A DNA stretch of 64,000 bases from Pelagomonas calceolata. Taxonomy: Eukaryota. Shown here in pieces: positions 19,964 through 30,169 of this stretch; position 1 is the stretch's first letter; every line of letters begins with the position of its first letter. The notes beneath the pieces are model-generated. The model had not been told where the DNA came from. It saw only the letters and a program-made list of their open reading frames with translations, and searched no databases. The DNA lies in NCBI GenBank assembly GCA_918797485.1, contig CAKKNE010000006.1:1-64000 (forward strand), written 5' to 3'. The translations under genes were made by a program, and so were the position numbers.

Positions 19964-20635
19964 ATGTGGCGCTGGCTATTAGTGGCCGCGGCACTGCTCC
20001 AGCAAGCCACACCGCTCTCGGTGTCGGAGATCAACGTGCCGAAGTTCTGCGCTGAGTGCGGCGGCCGCACGATGGCTGCAAGGACGCCGCCCGGCGACGA
20101 GCGTCCGCGAGCCGTGTGCGGCGCGTGCGGCTACGTCGCCTACGAGAACCCGAAGGTGGTCGTAGCCGTCGTCGCGCGCGCGCCGGACGGCAAGGTGCTG
20201 CTCGCGAAGCGCGCCATCGAGCCGCGGCTGGGCACCTGGGGCATCCCGCAGGGCTTCATGGAGCTCGGGGAAACGACGCGGGAAGCGGCCGCGCGGGAAG
20301 CGTTCGAGGAAACGGGTGCTGTCCTGAACCCGTCAGAGATGGCCCTGCTCGCTCTCTATAACTTGCCGGGCCAGGTGCAGGTCGTCTACGAAGCACCGTT
20401 GCCAGCAAATGCCAAACTCGAAACGTCGACGACGGAGAGCTCGGAAATTAAGCTTTTCGAGGAGTCCGACGCGCTCAAGGCGGATTTGTGCTTTCCGACT
20501 GTGACGTGGGCACTCGAGCGGTGCTTTTCGTCGCTGGATCGCTGTAGAGGAGTGCAAGAGCGAACCAAGGCGTTCCAGGGCGGCGAGTGGCGCGTACTCA
20601 TCGACGACGACGGCGGGGGATACTTGGCTAGTTGA
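19964..20635 (+). CDS. Nudix hydrolase with N-terminal zinc ribbon (NUDT23/FAD-diphosphatase-like), signal peptide
   Basis: FCAECG...R.VC.ACG.V.YENPK.VV; KR.IEPR.G.W..P.GF.ELGET..EAAARE..EE Nudix box. Confidence 0.9.
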   Translation: MWRWLLVAAALLQQATPLSVSEINVPKFCAECGGRTMAARTPPGDERPRAVCGACGYVAYENPKVVVAVVARAPDGKVLLAKRAIEPRLGTWGIPQGFMELGETTREAAAREAFEETGAVLNPSEMALLALYNLPGQVQVVYEAPLPANAKLETSTTESSEIKLFEESDALKADLCFPTVTWALERCFSSLDRCRGVQERTKAFQGGEWRVLIDDDGGGYLAS

Positions 20636-20660
20636 TATGTAACATAAAATGAGGCTGAGG

Positions 20661-20728
20661 CTAGTTACGTCGCAGGGTTCCCCGTACCCCTCCCGCTCCC
20701 CCCGGGCCCACCCGTCCGGCTGGACTAG
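20661..20728 (+). repeat. Dispersed CTAG-bounded repeat, copy 1
   Basis: CTAGTTACGTCGCAGGGTTCCCCGTACCCCTCCCGCTCCCCCCGGGCCCACCCGTCCGGCTGGACTAG is nearly identical to the reverse complement of 37290-37353. Confidence 0.9.
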
Positions 20729-20880
20729 GACGCAAGGGCTGAGTCGCATGGACATTTCGCATTTCGCTAGTGTCTTACGGGCTAGCTGGCAGATCCGCGC
20801 ACGCTCCAAATTCGCCTGTTCCATCACAATTGGCCACATCTGGAAGGGGCAGCCTCTCTATCGAAGCTGTACACACGACA

Positions 20881-22311
20881 ATGGACGAGCAGGAGCACCG
20901 CCGCAAGGTCGAGGCTGTGTTCCGGAAGCATGATGCCGACAACTCAGGAACCATTGACGGGTCCGAGTTGGTGACCGCGCTACGTGCGCTAAACGCTCTG
21001 CCCGATGGTAGTCCCGAAGCCCAGCGCAAATTCGTCGACGATTTGTTAGCGCGTGTGGAGCCGGACGACGACGACGCGTCGTCTCTCACGCTCAGCGAGT
21101 TTCAGAAGCTCTTCGACCTCGGCCGGGTGCGCGCTGCGTTCCACGCCGTGGACACGGACGGAAGCGGGAATGCCACGGCCGCCGAAGTCGCCGCTATGCT
21201 GCGGCGCCTCGGCGTGCCCGGGGCATCGCTCGCAGACGCGAAGAAGTTCATCGCGCGTGTCGACACGTCCGGCGATGGCACCATAGATCTCGTAGAGTTC
21301 GAACGGGCCTTCGAATTCGTGCCGCTGGCGTCGCTCCAAGCCGTGGCAGCGCGCTGGGCGGCCCTCGGAGCGCTGCCGGAGTGCGGCGGCGGAGACCTCG
21401 GGTCCGCGACCGTACCGGTACCGGGACTTAGAACATGGCAGACCGTGATGGCGGGCGGCATCGGCGGGGTCGCGAGCAAATCCGTCGTCGCGCCGCTAGA
21501 ACGCGTACGCCTCGCGCAGCAGACGGGCAAGGCGGAGGGCCTCGGGCTTTTCGGTCTCATGCGGAGCATCGTGGCGGCGGAGGGCTGGCGCGGCCTCTGG
21601 GCGGGAAATGGAACCGCCTGCATACGTGTATTCCCCACGGGCGCTATCACCTGCACGAGCTACGTGAACCTCCTGCAGCTCACGCCGGCCGACGACGAAA
21701 TCGACGCAATGGAGCCGGTGTATCGCGGCGGCGCCGCAGCCGCGGCAGCACTCATCGGACAAGTCTCGACGTACCCGATCGAGGTGGTGCGCGCTCGGGT
21801 GACGGTCTCTGGCGCGCCTGTGATGAAAGTCGTGCGCGAGGTGGCGGCCGAGGGCGGATTCAAGTCGTTTTACGGCGGCCTGGCTCCGACGCTCGCGGCG
21901 GTCGTGCCCTTCGTTGCCGTTCAAAATGCCTCGATTGATCTGGGCCGGCACTCGACGGGCCACGGAGCCGGTGGCGCCCCCTCGTACGTGCACCTCTGGC
22001 TGGTGGGTGCGTTCGCGGGCTGCAGCGCGCAAACCTTTACCTACCCGCTGGACGTGCTCCGGCGGCGACTGCAAGTGGGCGCGCTCGCCGACGAGGTCGC
22101 GCGGGGCGGCTGGGTCTCTGCGGCGCGGGGCGTCGTGCGGAGGGAGGGCTTCGGCTCGCTCTTCGCCGGCATCGGCGCGACGTATTTGAAATCCGTACCA
22201 TCGGTTGCGACGATCGCCACTGTCTGCGTCTCGATGAACCAGTATTTCGCTCAAAAGAACAAGACCGAGCACGAAGCGAAGGTCATGCGCGGGGATCATC
22301 TCAATGTGTAA
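20881..22311 (+). CDS. EF-hand-containing mitochondrial carrier (SCaMC/ATP-Mg:Pi-carrier-like)
   Basis: EF hands DADNSGTIDGSE, DTDGSGNAT and DTSGDGTIDLVE; carrier repeats APLERVR, YPIEVVR and YPLDVLR. Confidence 0.92.
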   Translation: MDEQEHRRKVEAVFRKHDADNSGTIDGSELVTALRALNALPDGSPEAQRKFVDDLLARVEPDDDDASSLTLSEFQKLFDLGRVRAAFHAVDTDGSGNATAAEVAAMLRRLGVPGASLADAKKFIARVDTSGDGTIDLVEFERAFEFVPLASLQAVAARWAALGALPECGGGDLGSATVPVPGLRTWQTVMAGGIGGVASKSVVAPLERVRLAQQTGKAEGLGLFGLMRSIVAAEGWRGLWAGNGTACIRVFPTGAITCTSYVNLLQLTPADDEIDAMEPVYRGGAAAAAALIGQVSTYPIEVVRARVTVSGAPVMKVVREVAAEGGFKSFYGGLAPTLAAVVPFVAVQNASIDLGRHSTGHGAGGAPSYVHLWLVGAFAGCSAQTFTYPLDVLRRRLQVGALADEVARGGWVSAARGVVRREGFGSLFAGIGATYLKSVPSVATIATVCVSMNQYFAQKNKTEHEAKVMRGDHLNV

Positions 22312-22313
22312 TG

Positions 22314-23966
22314 TTAAAGCTCCATCTTAACCCCCCCAACGTCCCACATATCATCGCCGTCGGAAGAGTCGTCCGAGCAGTCGCCGTAGAGCAAGTCGTC
22401 CACCGCCTTTGGCGCCGCCGGCGCGCCCCGGCCGCGGCCCCGACCTCTCCCTCGACCGCGGCCGCCCTTCCCGCCGGCGAACGCGCCGAGGCGAGCCTTC
22501 GCGTCTCCCCGCGACGACACGCCCCGCCCCGCGCCGGTGGAACTCGACGACCCCAGCAGCGCCGCCCGTTGTTGCCGCGCGCGCTCCTCCGCAGCAGCCC
22601 TTTGCGCCTCCTCGGCCTTGACCTTGGCCGCCGCGGCCTCGTCGGCCGCCGCGGCCACCAAGTCGAAGACGACGGGCCCCTCGTCCGCTTTGCACCGCGC
22701 CGCCAGCGCCGCCCCCACGCAGCGCAGCTCGGCCTCGCTCAGGCCGCCGCCCGACACGCAGACGGCCGGCGCCGTGCGCGGGTACGCCGGCGCGACGTTG
22801 GCAACTAAAACGTCGAGCACGAGCGGCGGCGCGCCGGCCGGCGGCTCGTGGCCCGCGACCACCACGCAAACGTCGTCCGGCCGCGCCGCGTCGGCCGGCC
22901 TTAAATCGTCGCCGAAAATCGCCTCGAGGGCCTCGCGCTCGTCGCGACGCTCCTGCGCGGCCTCGGCGTCGTCCGCGTCGTCGGAAAGCTTGCCGAGCTG
23001 CACGGCCGCGAGCGCGCGCCGCGCGTCGCCGTCGTGGTCCTTCGGCGTCGCGTCGCCGTAGCCGCGCTCGTGCAGCCAGCGCTTCTTCGCGCCCATGGTC
23101 TCGCGCGCGGCGGCCTCCGCCTCCCAGGCCGGCGGCGCCGCCTCGGCCTCGGCCTCGCCCGGCGCCGCCGCGCTGGCCGCGCCCTCTACCTCCAGCTGCG
23201 ACAGGGCCGCATCCAAACCAGACGTGCCGTCGCCCGCGCGCCGCCGCGCCGCCTTCTCGGGGAACTGCGCGTCGCGCCGCGCGTCCTCGAGCGCGTCGAC
23301 CAGGAACGGGTCCGGCGGCGGCGGCGGCGCGTTCGCGCCCGCGAGAAACGCGTCGCGCGCCGCGTGGCGCTCCTCGATCTCGCGCCGCGCGGCGTCGCGC
23401 TCGGCCTTCTCCCGCGCGTTCTTCGAGTCGCGATTCGCTTTGTCCCGGTTCTTCCGCCACCGGATCGCGTCCCTCTCGTACTGGAGCCGCTCCTGCTGCA
23501 AGTCCGGGTGCGCCTCTCGCCGCGTCTTCTCGAGCTTTTTCACGATGGACTTGTCCTTGTCGATGCGTCTTAATCTCCGCAATTTCGAATCGTGAAAACC
23601 AACGGCGCCCGCCTGCATGCACGTCTCGTCTTTATGTAAATTCGCCCAGGGCGTCCACACCACCATGACCGACGCGCGCTTGCAGCCCTCGATCGAATTC
23701 GCCTTGACGAGCTGGCACATCTCCTCGACGACCGGATCCGGGATTCTATCTAATAAATCGCCGCACCGCACGCCCGCGTCCTGCGCCGCCGCGAGCGGCA
23801 GTCTCAGGTAGACGTGCGCCGAACTCAGTCCATCCACGTGGAACCAGACGTCGCGCGTCTGGCCCCACTCGATCAGGCCCTCGTTCTCGTACTTGTCGGC
23901 GCCCATGTACACGATGTAGGGCTCGCCGCCGGGGTCCTTGTACTCGCAGGTGAAGTAGAAGACCAT
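22314..23966 (-). CDS. CCDC25/Jlp2-like (NFACT-R) domain fused to an RWD-like domain and RG-rich tail
   Basis: MVFYF, YMG.DKYENE.LI, WFHVD.LSSAHVYLRL, CQLVKANSIEGCK and YTPW-like WTPW.NL.K; later ERRDEREALEAIFGDD and YPRTAP, both RWD-like. Confidence 0.85.
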   Translation of the reverse strand: MVFYFTCEYKDPGGEPYIVYMGADKYENEGLIEWGQTRDVWFHVDGLSSAHVYLRLPLAAAQDAGVRCGDLLDRIPDPVVEEMCQLVKANSIEGCKRASVMVVWTPWANLHKDETCMQAGAVGFHDSKLRRLRRIDKDKSIVKKLEKTRREAHPDLQQERLQYERDAIRWRKNRDKANRDSKNAREKAERDAARREIEERHAARDAFLAGANAPPPPPDPFLVDALEDARRDAQFPEKAARRRAGDGTSGLDAALSQLEVEGAASAAAPGEAEAEAAPPAWEAEAAARETMGAKKRWLHERGYGDATPKDHDGDARRALAAVQLGKLSDDADDAEAAQERRDEREALEAIFGDDLRPADAARPDDVCVVVAGHEPPAGAPPLVLDVLVANVAPAYPRTAPAVCVSGGGLSEAELRCVGAALAARCKADEGPVVFDLVAAAADEAAAAKVKAEEAQRAAAEERARQQRAALLGSSSSTGAGRGVSSRGDAKARLGAFAGGKGGRGRGRGRGRGRGAPAAPKAVDDLLYGDCSDDSSDGDDMWDVGGVKMEL

Positions 23967-24282
23967 GGTTGCTTCTCCTGCAGCGTTTGCAGCACGTGCT
24001 TTTCTTTCTCGCGCGTTGGCAGTGCTATCGTGGTCCACGCTTATGCCTCTGTTACACAGATAACTCGCCTCGGCTGGCGTAATGGCTGCAAAGCATCGCC
24101 TCCGACCTAGAGGTGTAGACGTACTAGCTCATCTCACTTCACGCGGAAATGCGGCGCCTGGAATGATTTAAGCACCGATCTGGCCTGATACGCGCTCTCC
24201 AGTATCACAGCGACGAGAAGAGCCTGGCTGGTTTGCGTGCAGATGACCACTGGGGCACCAAATTAGGCTGCCCATTTTTGGC

Positions 24283-25083
24283 ATGCATGCCACCGCAAAG
24301 GCGTCGCGAGGCCTCGTGGTACTACTCTCTATCATCATCTATACCGCTGGCCAACAAGTCATTGATGGCACCTCACTCGAACCGCGCGACAGGCCACTCC
24401 GCACGTACACGCTGCCGCGGTCCGGCCCGGCCACAGTAGCTCAAATGGTCGGAGCCGAGCATACCGGTGCGACGCAGTGGGACGCTGGCCACGCTTTAGC
24501 TGACTATATCGAAAGGACGGCTATCGGTGCGGCCAACTGCTCGATCGACGGCTGCTATGCCTCGTCGCGGTACGCCAATCGGACGGCTCTGGAGCTCGGA
24601 GCGGGCGCCGGCGGACTGGTAAGTATCGCACTGATACGAGCCGGTGCTAACGTGCTGGCCACGGACGGTGATGAGGGCGTGCTCGAGTTCTTGAATTTGA
24701 ATATCAAAGGGAATACACGCGGCGCACCCGGGCAGCTCTTAGGTGCCGAGCGACTCTGCTGGGGCGACTCAGACGCCATCGACGCGGTACGAGAGCGGCT
24801 GGCGCACGATCTCGTAGTCATGAGCGACGTCGTCTTCCACACCATCGATACCGCGGCGCTTGTGGAGGCATTGGCGAAACTGGCAGCGGCCGAGCCCCCG
24901 CCGGAGATTATCGTGGCGCATACCTGGCGCTTCGTGAGAGAAGACGAGGACTTCCTCGAGGCCGTCGACGCTGTCTTCGATCGACATACCGTACCCGCGG
25001 AGGACCTGCACCCGCGCTTTCGCGAGGGACGTGGGGGGGATACGTCGATCATGCGGCTCGTGCCGCGACGGAGGCCGCCTTGA
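24283..25083 (+). CDS. METTL21-like (family 16) protein methyltransferase
   Basis: TGATQWDAGHALADY, LELGAGAG, ATDGD, LCWG and MSDVVF. Confidence 0.85.
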   Translation: MHATAKASRGLVVLLSIIIYTAGQQVIDGTSLEPRDRPLRTYTLPRSGPATVAQMVGAEHTGATQWDAGHALADYIERTAIGAANCSIDGCYASSRYANRTALELGAGAGGLVSIALIRAGANVLATDGDEGVLEFLNLNIKGNTRGAPGQLLGAERLCWGDSDAIDAVRERLAHDLVVMSDVVFHTIDTAALVEALAKLAAAEPPPEIIVAHTWRFVREDEDFLEAVDAVFDRHTVPAEDLHPRFREGRGGDTSIMRLVPRRRPP

Positions 25084-25603
25084 TGCGTTGTGAATAAAAT
25101 TGGATAAGGAGCCTACGGATAGTCTCCCTGGAGTTCCCTTGCGCGGCCTCGGCTCCGAGCAATTTTACCTAGAGTAATAGATCGCTGTGTTATTCGGGAG
25201 TCAAACACGAGTCGTTGTTTGTTAACCTCGGGGAAAAGAAAGGATTTAGACGTAGAGTCATATAAGTACGCGCAGGCATTTACCCCCCTACTGCGGTACC
25301 TAGTATATTTTTGAGCACAGAGATGGATGCTCGTAATCGCTGCTGGAATAAGTGAGCCAGCGTGTCCTCATACCACAGGAGCAGCCGTGGTATCTGAGGG
25401 TACAGGTAGCCGCTGCCGAGGCCAAACGAGCAGCGCTCGGGCGACTCCACGCACGAGCAGCAGCGGGATTTGGCGCCAAGGCCGAACAGTACCTTAGAAG
25501 CGCGGGAACGCGCCCGGGCCACGCCAAAATTGCGCTGGGACGCGCGCTAGCCGCGCGGCAGCGCCAGCAAAAAAAACAAGAAAGAACAGCCACACAACCA
25601 ACC

Positions 25604-28600
25604 ATGGCGGCGATGGCCGCGGCGCGCGCGCTCACGGTCAACCAGTACCTGGAGCGGCGCAACCGCTACGACGGCCTCTGCGCCAACATGGAGGTCACCC
25701 CGACCTACGACCGCGCGCCGGCGTCGCGCGAGGTGCCCCTCTTCCCGCAAGGCCGGCCGCCCTCGCCCGTGGCGGACCCCTTACCCGTGGTGGCCTTCCA
25801 GCCGCCGCTGTCGCCGCCGACGCCGCACCGCGCCGCTGCCCAGCGGCCGGGCCGTGCGGCACTTCCGCCGCCCCCGCCGCCGCCGCCGCCGCCACCGCCG
25901 CCGCCGCGCGAGGCCGCGCGCGTCGCGCCGAAGAAGCGCGGCCGCGACCCGAAGCCGCGGAGCCCGGCGCGGTTGCCCGCGCGGCCGGCGGCCCTGCCGC
26001 CGCCCGACGACGCCGCCGAAGTGCACGACGAGATTGCTGGTAGTTTGACGCCGCCGGCCGCGTCGCCGCTCCAGGAGGCTCGCATGTTGGACGACGACGA
26101 CCTGCCCCAGGCGGCCCCCGCGTCGCCGCCCGACGCGTCGCCGCCGCGCCTCGCCGACCCGAACATGGGCGCGCTCGCGAAGCGAAGGATGGAAGGACAG
26201 GAAAAGGCGCCGGCCAAGAAGCGCGGCCGCAAGAAGCAGGCCCAGCCCCCTCCGATGATGGCGTCGCCGCCGCGCCCGGAGAACGGCCAGGCGCCTCCCT
26301 TGCGGTTGACGTCGTCGCCGCCCGGGTTGTTAAGCGGCCAGGAGCAGCAGCAGAAGCTGCGGATCAACGCGTCGGGACGCGTCGCGACCTTACTCGAGAA
26401 GAAGCAGCGCGGCTGGCTCGTCGTCGAATTAGATGAAAATCAAGGCGAGGACGGCGCGCCCTTCGAGCAGCGAAGCATACGGTCGAACTTCGTGACGTTT
26501 CTGGACTCGGCGGGCAACGACGTTATTCCCACGAAGAAGAAGCGCAAGCGGCCGTCCGTGCCGGCCATCGCACCTCCAGCACCGGGCCAGCAGCCCGTGT
26601 CCTTTGCACAAGTCTCAGATCAAAACCGGCCGCGAAGCGGTTCGGTGGATTTGGACGCGCCGCCGCCGCCGAAGCCCAAGAAGCGCACGAAGCGCAACAA
26701 AGTAGAGTACAACACGGGCGATCGAATTAGAGTGGTCGAGCACGCCAAGTACCAAGGTAGACTGGGCACGGTCGTGAAACGAACGGTCGCGTGGGTCGAG
26801 GTCCACCTCGATTCACTGCAGCCGGGCGAGAAGGAGCTGACGGCTTCATTTAGAAAGAAGGATTTGGTCTTATTGAATGACGCCGGCGACGCGGCGCTGA
26901 CGGAGGCGGCGTTACCTCCGCCGGCGGCGCCCGCGCCGCCGCCGCGCCCGGTCGAAGACGACGACGTCATTAGTGATGACGAGCTGCCGCCGCACCTCGC
27001 GCAAGTCATCGGCAAGAAGGTGGCCATCCCCATGCAGCAGGGCGGCGGCTACGGCGTCGTGGCGCGCATCCAGGACGGGATTTGCGAGGTGACCGTGCAA
27101 GGTAGAGATAAAGAAGAATTCGTGACGTCGCACATCGACGAACTCATCCTGGCCGACGGCACGAAGCTAGGACGGTTCATCCGGAAGGGCGAGCCGGACG
27201 TGCCGCCGACGCAACCGCCGGCGCCGGCGCCGGCGCCGCCGGCCCCGGCCCCGCAGGAGGACGACGGGGCCTTCGAGCTGCCGGACCCGCCGCTGCCCCT
27301 GGAGGTGGGCTGCGCCGTCGTGGATTTAAATCAAAACAACCGCAAGGGCCGCATCGTGGACAAGTCTAAAGCCTGGTTCAAGGTCCAGTTCCCGGGCGAC
27401 GCGAGCGTCAAGTCGCTGCAGAAAAAATCCTTGAGAGCCATCCCCGAGAGCCAGGCGGCGGCGCCGCGGACGCCGGCGCCGCCGCCGGCCGCGGCGCCGG
27501 CGCCGGACTACGAGTTCGACGAGGCCGCGGCCGTCGCGGCGCCCGCGCCGGCGCCGGCGCCGGCGCCGCGGCTCGCGTCGCCGGCGGCCTTCCTGCCGGA
27601 CGTGCCGTCCTGGCCCACCGGCGACGCGGCGGCGCCCGCCGCGCCGCCTCCGGGCGTCGCGGCGGCGCCGCCGCCGCCGCCGCCGGCCGGCGGCCCCAAG
27701 AAGCCCGCGTCGAAGCCGCGCGGCCGCGTGCCGGCCGCCCCCGCGGCGCCGGCCGGCGTGATCCTGCCGCTGGCCGGCGCGCCGCCGGCGGGCGCGCCGA
27801 TCCGCGTGCGCACGGCCGGCGGCCGCGAGGCCATTGTATTGGAGAAGATGCAGCGCGGCTGGTTTAGGGTGGAGCTCGACCAGAACGCGAACGACGAGGG
27901 CGGCGCGGGCGAGCGCAAGTCGATGAGAAGGCCCCACGGCTTCGCGCCGGGCCAGGACCACCTCCTGGACGCGGCGCCCCAGGCCGCGTTCGTCCCGAAG
28001 CCCAAGGGCTCGGGCTCCTCCAAGGGCCGCAAGTCGTCCGTGCAGCAATCGGGGCCCGGGCCCGTGCCCGTGGGCGCCGTCCAGGCCATCACGGCGGGCG
28101 GCCGCGTCGCCACGATCCTGGAGAGGAAGCAGCGCGGCTGGTTCGCGGTCGAGTTGGACGGCAACGCGAACGACGAGGGCGGCGCGTTCGAGCGCAAGAG
28201 TATGAGAAGGCCCATGTTCGCGCCGGGCCAGGACTCCGTTTTAGATTCCGCGCCGGAGTCGGAAGGCGTCAAGGCCGTCGCGGCCCAGAAGGCCGCTGCC
28301 GGCCCGAAGCCGCCGAAGCAACCGTCGAAGCCGCGCGCCAAGAAGCCCGCGGCGTCGCCGTCCGCGGCCCTAGCCGCAGCAAAGGCCCCGCGGCCGCCGG
28401 CGTCCGACGACGAGGCGGCGCAGGAGCCGCCCCCGAACATCGGCGAGGGCCCGCCGGGGCCCGACAGGGGCACGGAGCTCGAGGACCCGGGCGCGCAGGA
28501 CAGTGACATGTTCACGAAGGGCGCGCGCGTCGCCGTGGTGTCGGGGTCGCCGGATTTTAACGACGGGCCGCCGCGGCGCGGCGTAGTCGTCAAAGCCCGC

Positions 28601-30169
28601 AGCGACGGCACTTTTGTGATTGCCGTCGGCGATGGAACGGGGGGTCCGCTAGAAACGGCGGGCCCCGAGTCGGTGACCTTCGAGGGCGCCGACGATGATC
28701 TGGTGACGGGGGACAAGGTCGTGGTCATCAAGACGGGGCGGACGGGCGTCGTCGCGTCCATTTCTGGAGCGCAGTGGTATAGAGTTGTGATGGATGATAC
28801 GAGGGGCACGCCGGCGCACGACGAGCTCGGGGAGAACTTTCGGCCGTCCCAGATTCGGAAGCGGGGCCTCGAGAAGCCGTCGCCCGATATCGTGGAGGGC
28901 GCGCGCGTGATCATCGAGAACGACGCGCCGTCGCGGCTCGTGACGCCGAAGGGGCTGCCGCCCCGCATCGGGCGGGGCACGATCGTCGAAGTGCGATCGG
29001 GCGGCTGGCGCGTGGTCCAGTACGACCAGGGCACGGGCCGCGCGACGGATTCCGTGCGCGTCGCGCGATTGGTAGCATTAGTGCCGGCGGGCGCGCCGCC
29101 GCCTTTACCAGGACCACCGGTGCCGCCGCCGCCGCCGAAGGAGAAGCCGCCGAATTACCAGAAGATCACCAAACTCAGAGTTCATTCCACGGCGCGGCGC
29201 GAGCTCGATCGGGCCAAAGCAAGGGCCGCGCCCGACGAGGAGGGGATGAAGTGCCAGTGCTGGTCGCGCAAGAAGTGGGACGCGAATGTGGAGAAGCTGT
29301 TGGCCGGCGACATCCACTCGTTACCCGGTCGGAGCGGCCCGCTGAAATGCATGCGCGTCGGGCCCTCGATCCGAGAACAGAAGGATCGGTTCATGCGCGA
29401 GAAGTCGATTGGGGTGGAGTGCGACGAGCAGTGTCTGAATAGGGCCCAGTCCATCGAGTGCACGAACGAAAACTGCGGCGTCAACGGAGGCACCTGTAAC
29501 AACCGGCAGTTCCACTTAGGGCGGAGCCCGAAGATCGACGTCCGGAAAAAAGATGGGGAGTGGGGCCTCGTGGCCGCGGAGCCGCTGGCGAAGAAGCGGT
29601 TCATCATCGAATGCCTCGGGGAGCTCGTGGACCGGGAGGAGGCCAAGGATAGGTTCGCCAAGGCCCGGGACGGCTACTTCATGGCGGTCTCGTCCCTCGG
29701 CTTAGTTGTGGACGCGACGAAGACGGGCTCCGCGGCGCGCTTCGCGAAGCACTCAAACGAGCCGAACTGCGTGATCGAGACGTGGAAGTGCGGCATCGAC
29801 GAGAGGTACGGCCTTTTTGCTTTGAGGGAGATTGGTGAGAACGAGGAGCTGACGTACGACCACGGCTGGATTCGGGAACTGAGGCAACCCATCAAAGGGG
29901 GCCGCGCGGGCCCGGGGGCCGCCGCGCGGCGCGCGTCGGGCGCTCTCCATGGCGAGGACACGGACGACGACGTCGAGAAGGGTTTGGCCGCTCCTAGACC
30001 CTTCGCCGAGGAGGAGGACGAGCAGTACTGCGACGGCTGCCACGCGCCCGTCAGCGACCCGGCGGCCTGCAAGGCGTGCAAGAAGAAGCTCTGCTACGCC
30101 TGCGCGAAGACGACGGCCGAGGAGTACGAGGAGGCGTCGCCCTGGTACTGCCCGGAGTGCAACCACTGA
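25604..30169 (+). CDS. Large Pro-rich protein with KOW/SH3-like repeats, AWS-SET domain and C-terminal Cys-rich (PHD-like) finger
   Basis: C...CLNR...IEC....C......C.N (AWS); WGL.A.E.L....FIIECLGE, DAT..GS.ARF..HS..PNC and ELTYD (SET); C..C...C..C....C..C...WYCPEC. Confidence 0.85.
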   Translation: MAAMAAARALTVNQYLERRNRYDGLCANMEVTPTYDRAPASREVPLFPQGRPPSPVADPLPVVAFQPPLSPPTPHRAAAQRPGRAALPPPPPPPPPPPPPPREAARVAPKKRGRDPKPRSPARLPARPAALPPPDDAAEVHDEIAGSLTPPAASPLQEARMLDDDDLPQAAPASPPDASPPRLADPNMGALAKRRMEGQEKAPAKKRGRKKQAQPPPMMASPPRPENGQAPPLRLTSSPPGLLSGQEQQQKLRINASGRVATLLEKKQRGWLVVELDENQGEDGAPFEQRSIRSNFVTFLDSAGNDVIPTKKKRKRPSVPAIAPPAPGQQPVSFAQVSDQNRPRSGSVDLDAPPPPKPKKRTKRNKVEYNTGDRIRVVEHAKYQGRLGTVVKRTVAWVEVHLDSLQPGEKELTASFRKKDLVLLNDAGDAALTEAALPPPAAPAPPPRPVEDDDVISDDELPPHLAQVIGKKVAIPMQQGGGYGVVARIQDGICEVTVQGRDKEEFVTSHIDELILADGTKLGRFIRKGEPDVPPTQPPAPAPAPPAPAPQEDDGAFELPDPPLPLEVGCAVVDLNQNNRKGRIVDKSKAWFKVQFPGDASVKSLQKKSLRAIPESQAAAPRTPAPPPAAAPAPDYEFDEAAAVAAPAPAPAPAPRLASPAAFLPDVPSWPTGDAAAPAAPPPGVAAAPPPPPPAGGPKKPASKPRGRVPAAPAAPAGVILPLAGAPPAGAPIRVRTAGGREAIVLEKMQRGWFRVELDQNANDEGGAGERKSMRRPHGFAPGQDHLLDAAPQAAFVPKPKGSGSSKGRKSSVQQSGPGPVPVGAVQAITAGGRVATILERKQRGWFAVELDGNANDEGGAFERKSMRRPMFAPGQDSVLDSAPESEGVKAVAAQKAAAGPKPPKQPSKPRAKKPAASPSAALAAAKAPRPPASDDEAAQEPPPNIGEGPPGPDRGTELEDPGAQDSDMFTKGARVAVVSGSPDFNDGPPRRGVVVKARSDGTFVIAVGDGTGGPLETAGPESVTFEGADDDLVTGDKVVVIKTGRTGVVASISGAQWYRVVMDDTRGTPAHDELGENFRPSQIRKRGLEKPSPDIVEGARVIIENDAPSRLVTPKGLPPRIGRGTIVEVRSGGWRVVQYDQGTGRATDSVRVARLVALVPAGAPPPLPGPPVPPPPPKEKPPNYQKITKLRVHSTARRELDRAKARAAPDEEGMKCQCWSRKKWDANVEKLLAGDIHSLPGRSGPLKCMRVGPSIREQKDRFMREKSIGVECDEQCLNRAQSIECTNENCGVNGGTCNNRQFHLGRSPKIDVRKKDGEWGLVAAEPLAKKRFIIECLGELVDREEAKDRFAKARDGYFMAVSSLGLVVDATKTGSAARFAKHSNEPNCVIETWKCGIDERYGLFALREIGENEELTYDHGWIRELRQPIKGGRAGPGAAARRASGALHGEDTDDDVEKGLAAPRPFAEEEDEQYCDGCHAPVSDPAACKACKKKLCYACAKTTAEEYEEASPWYCPECNH

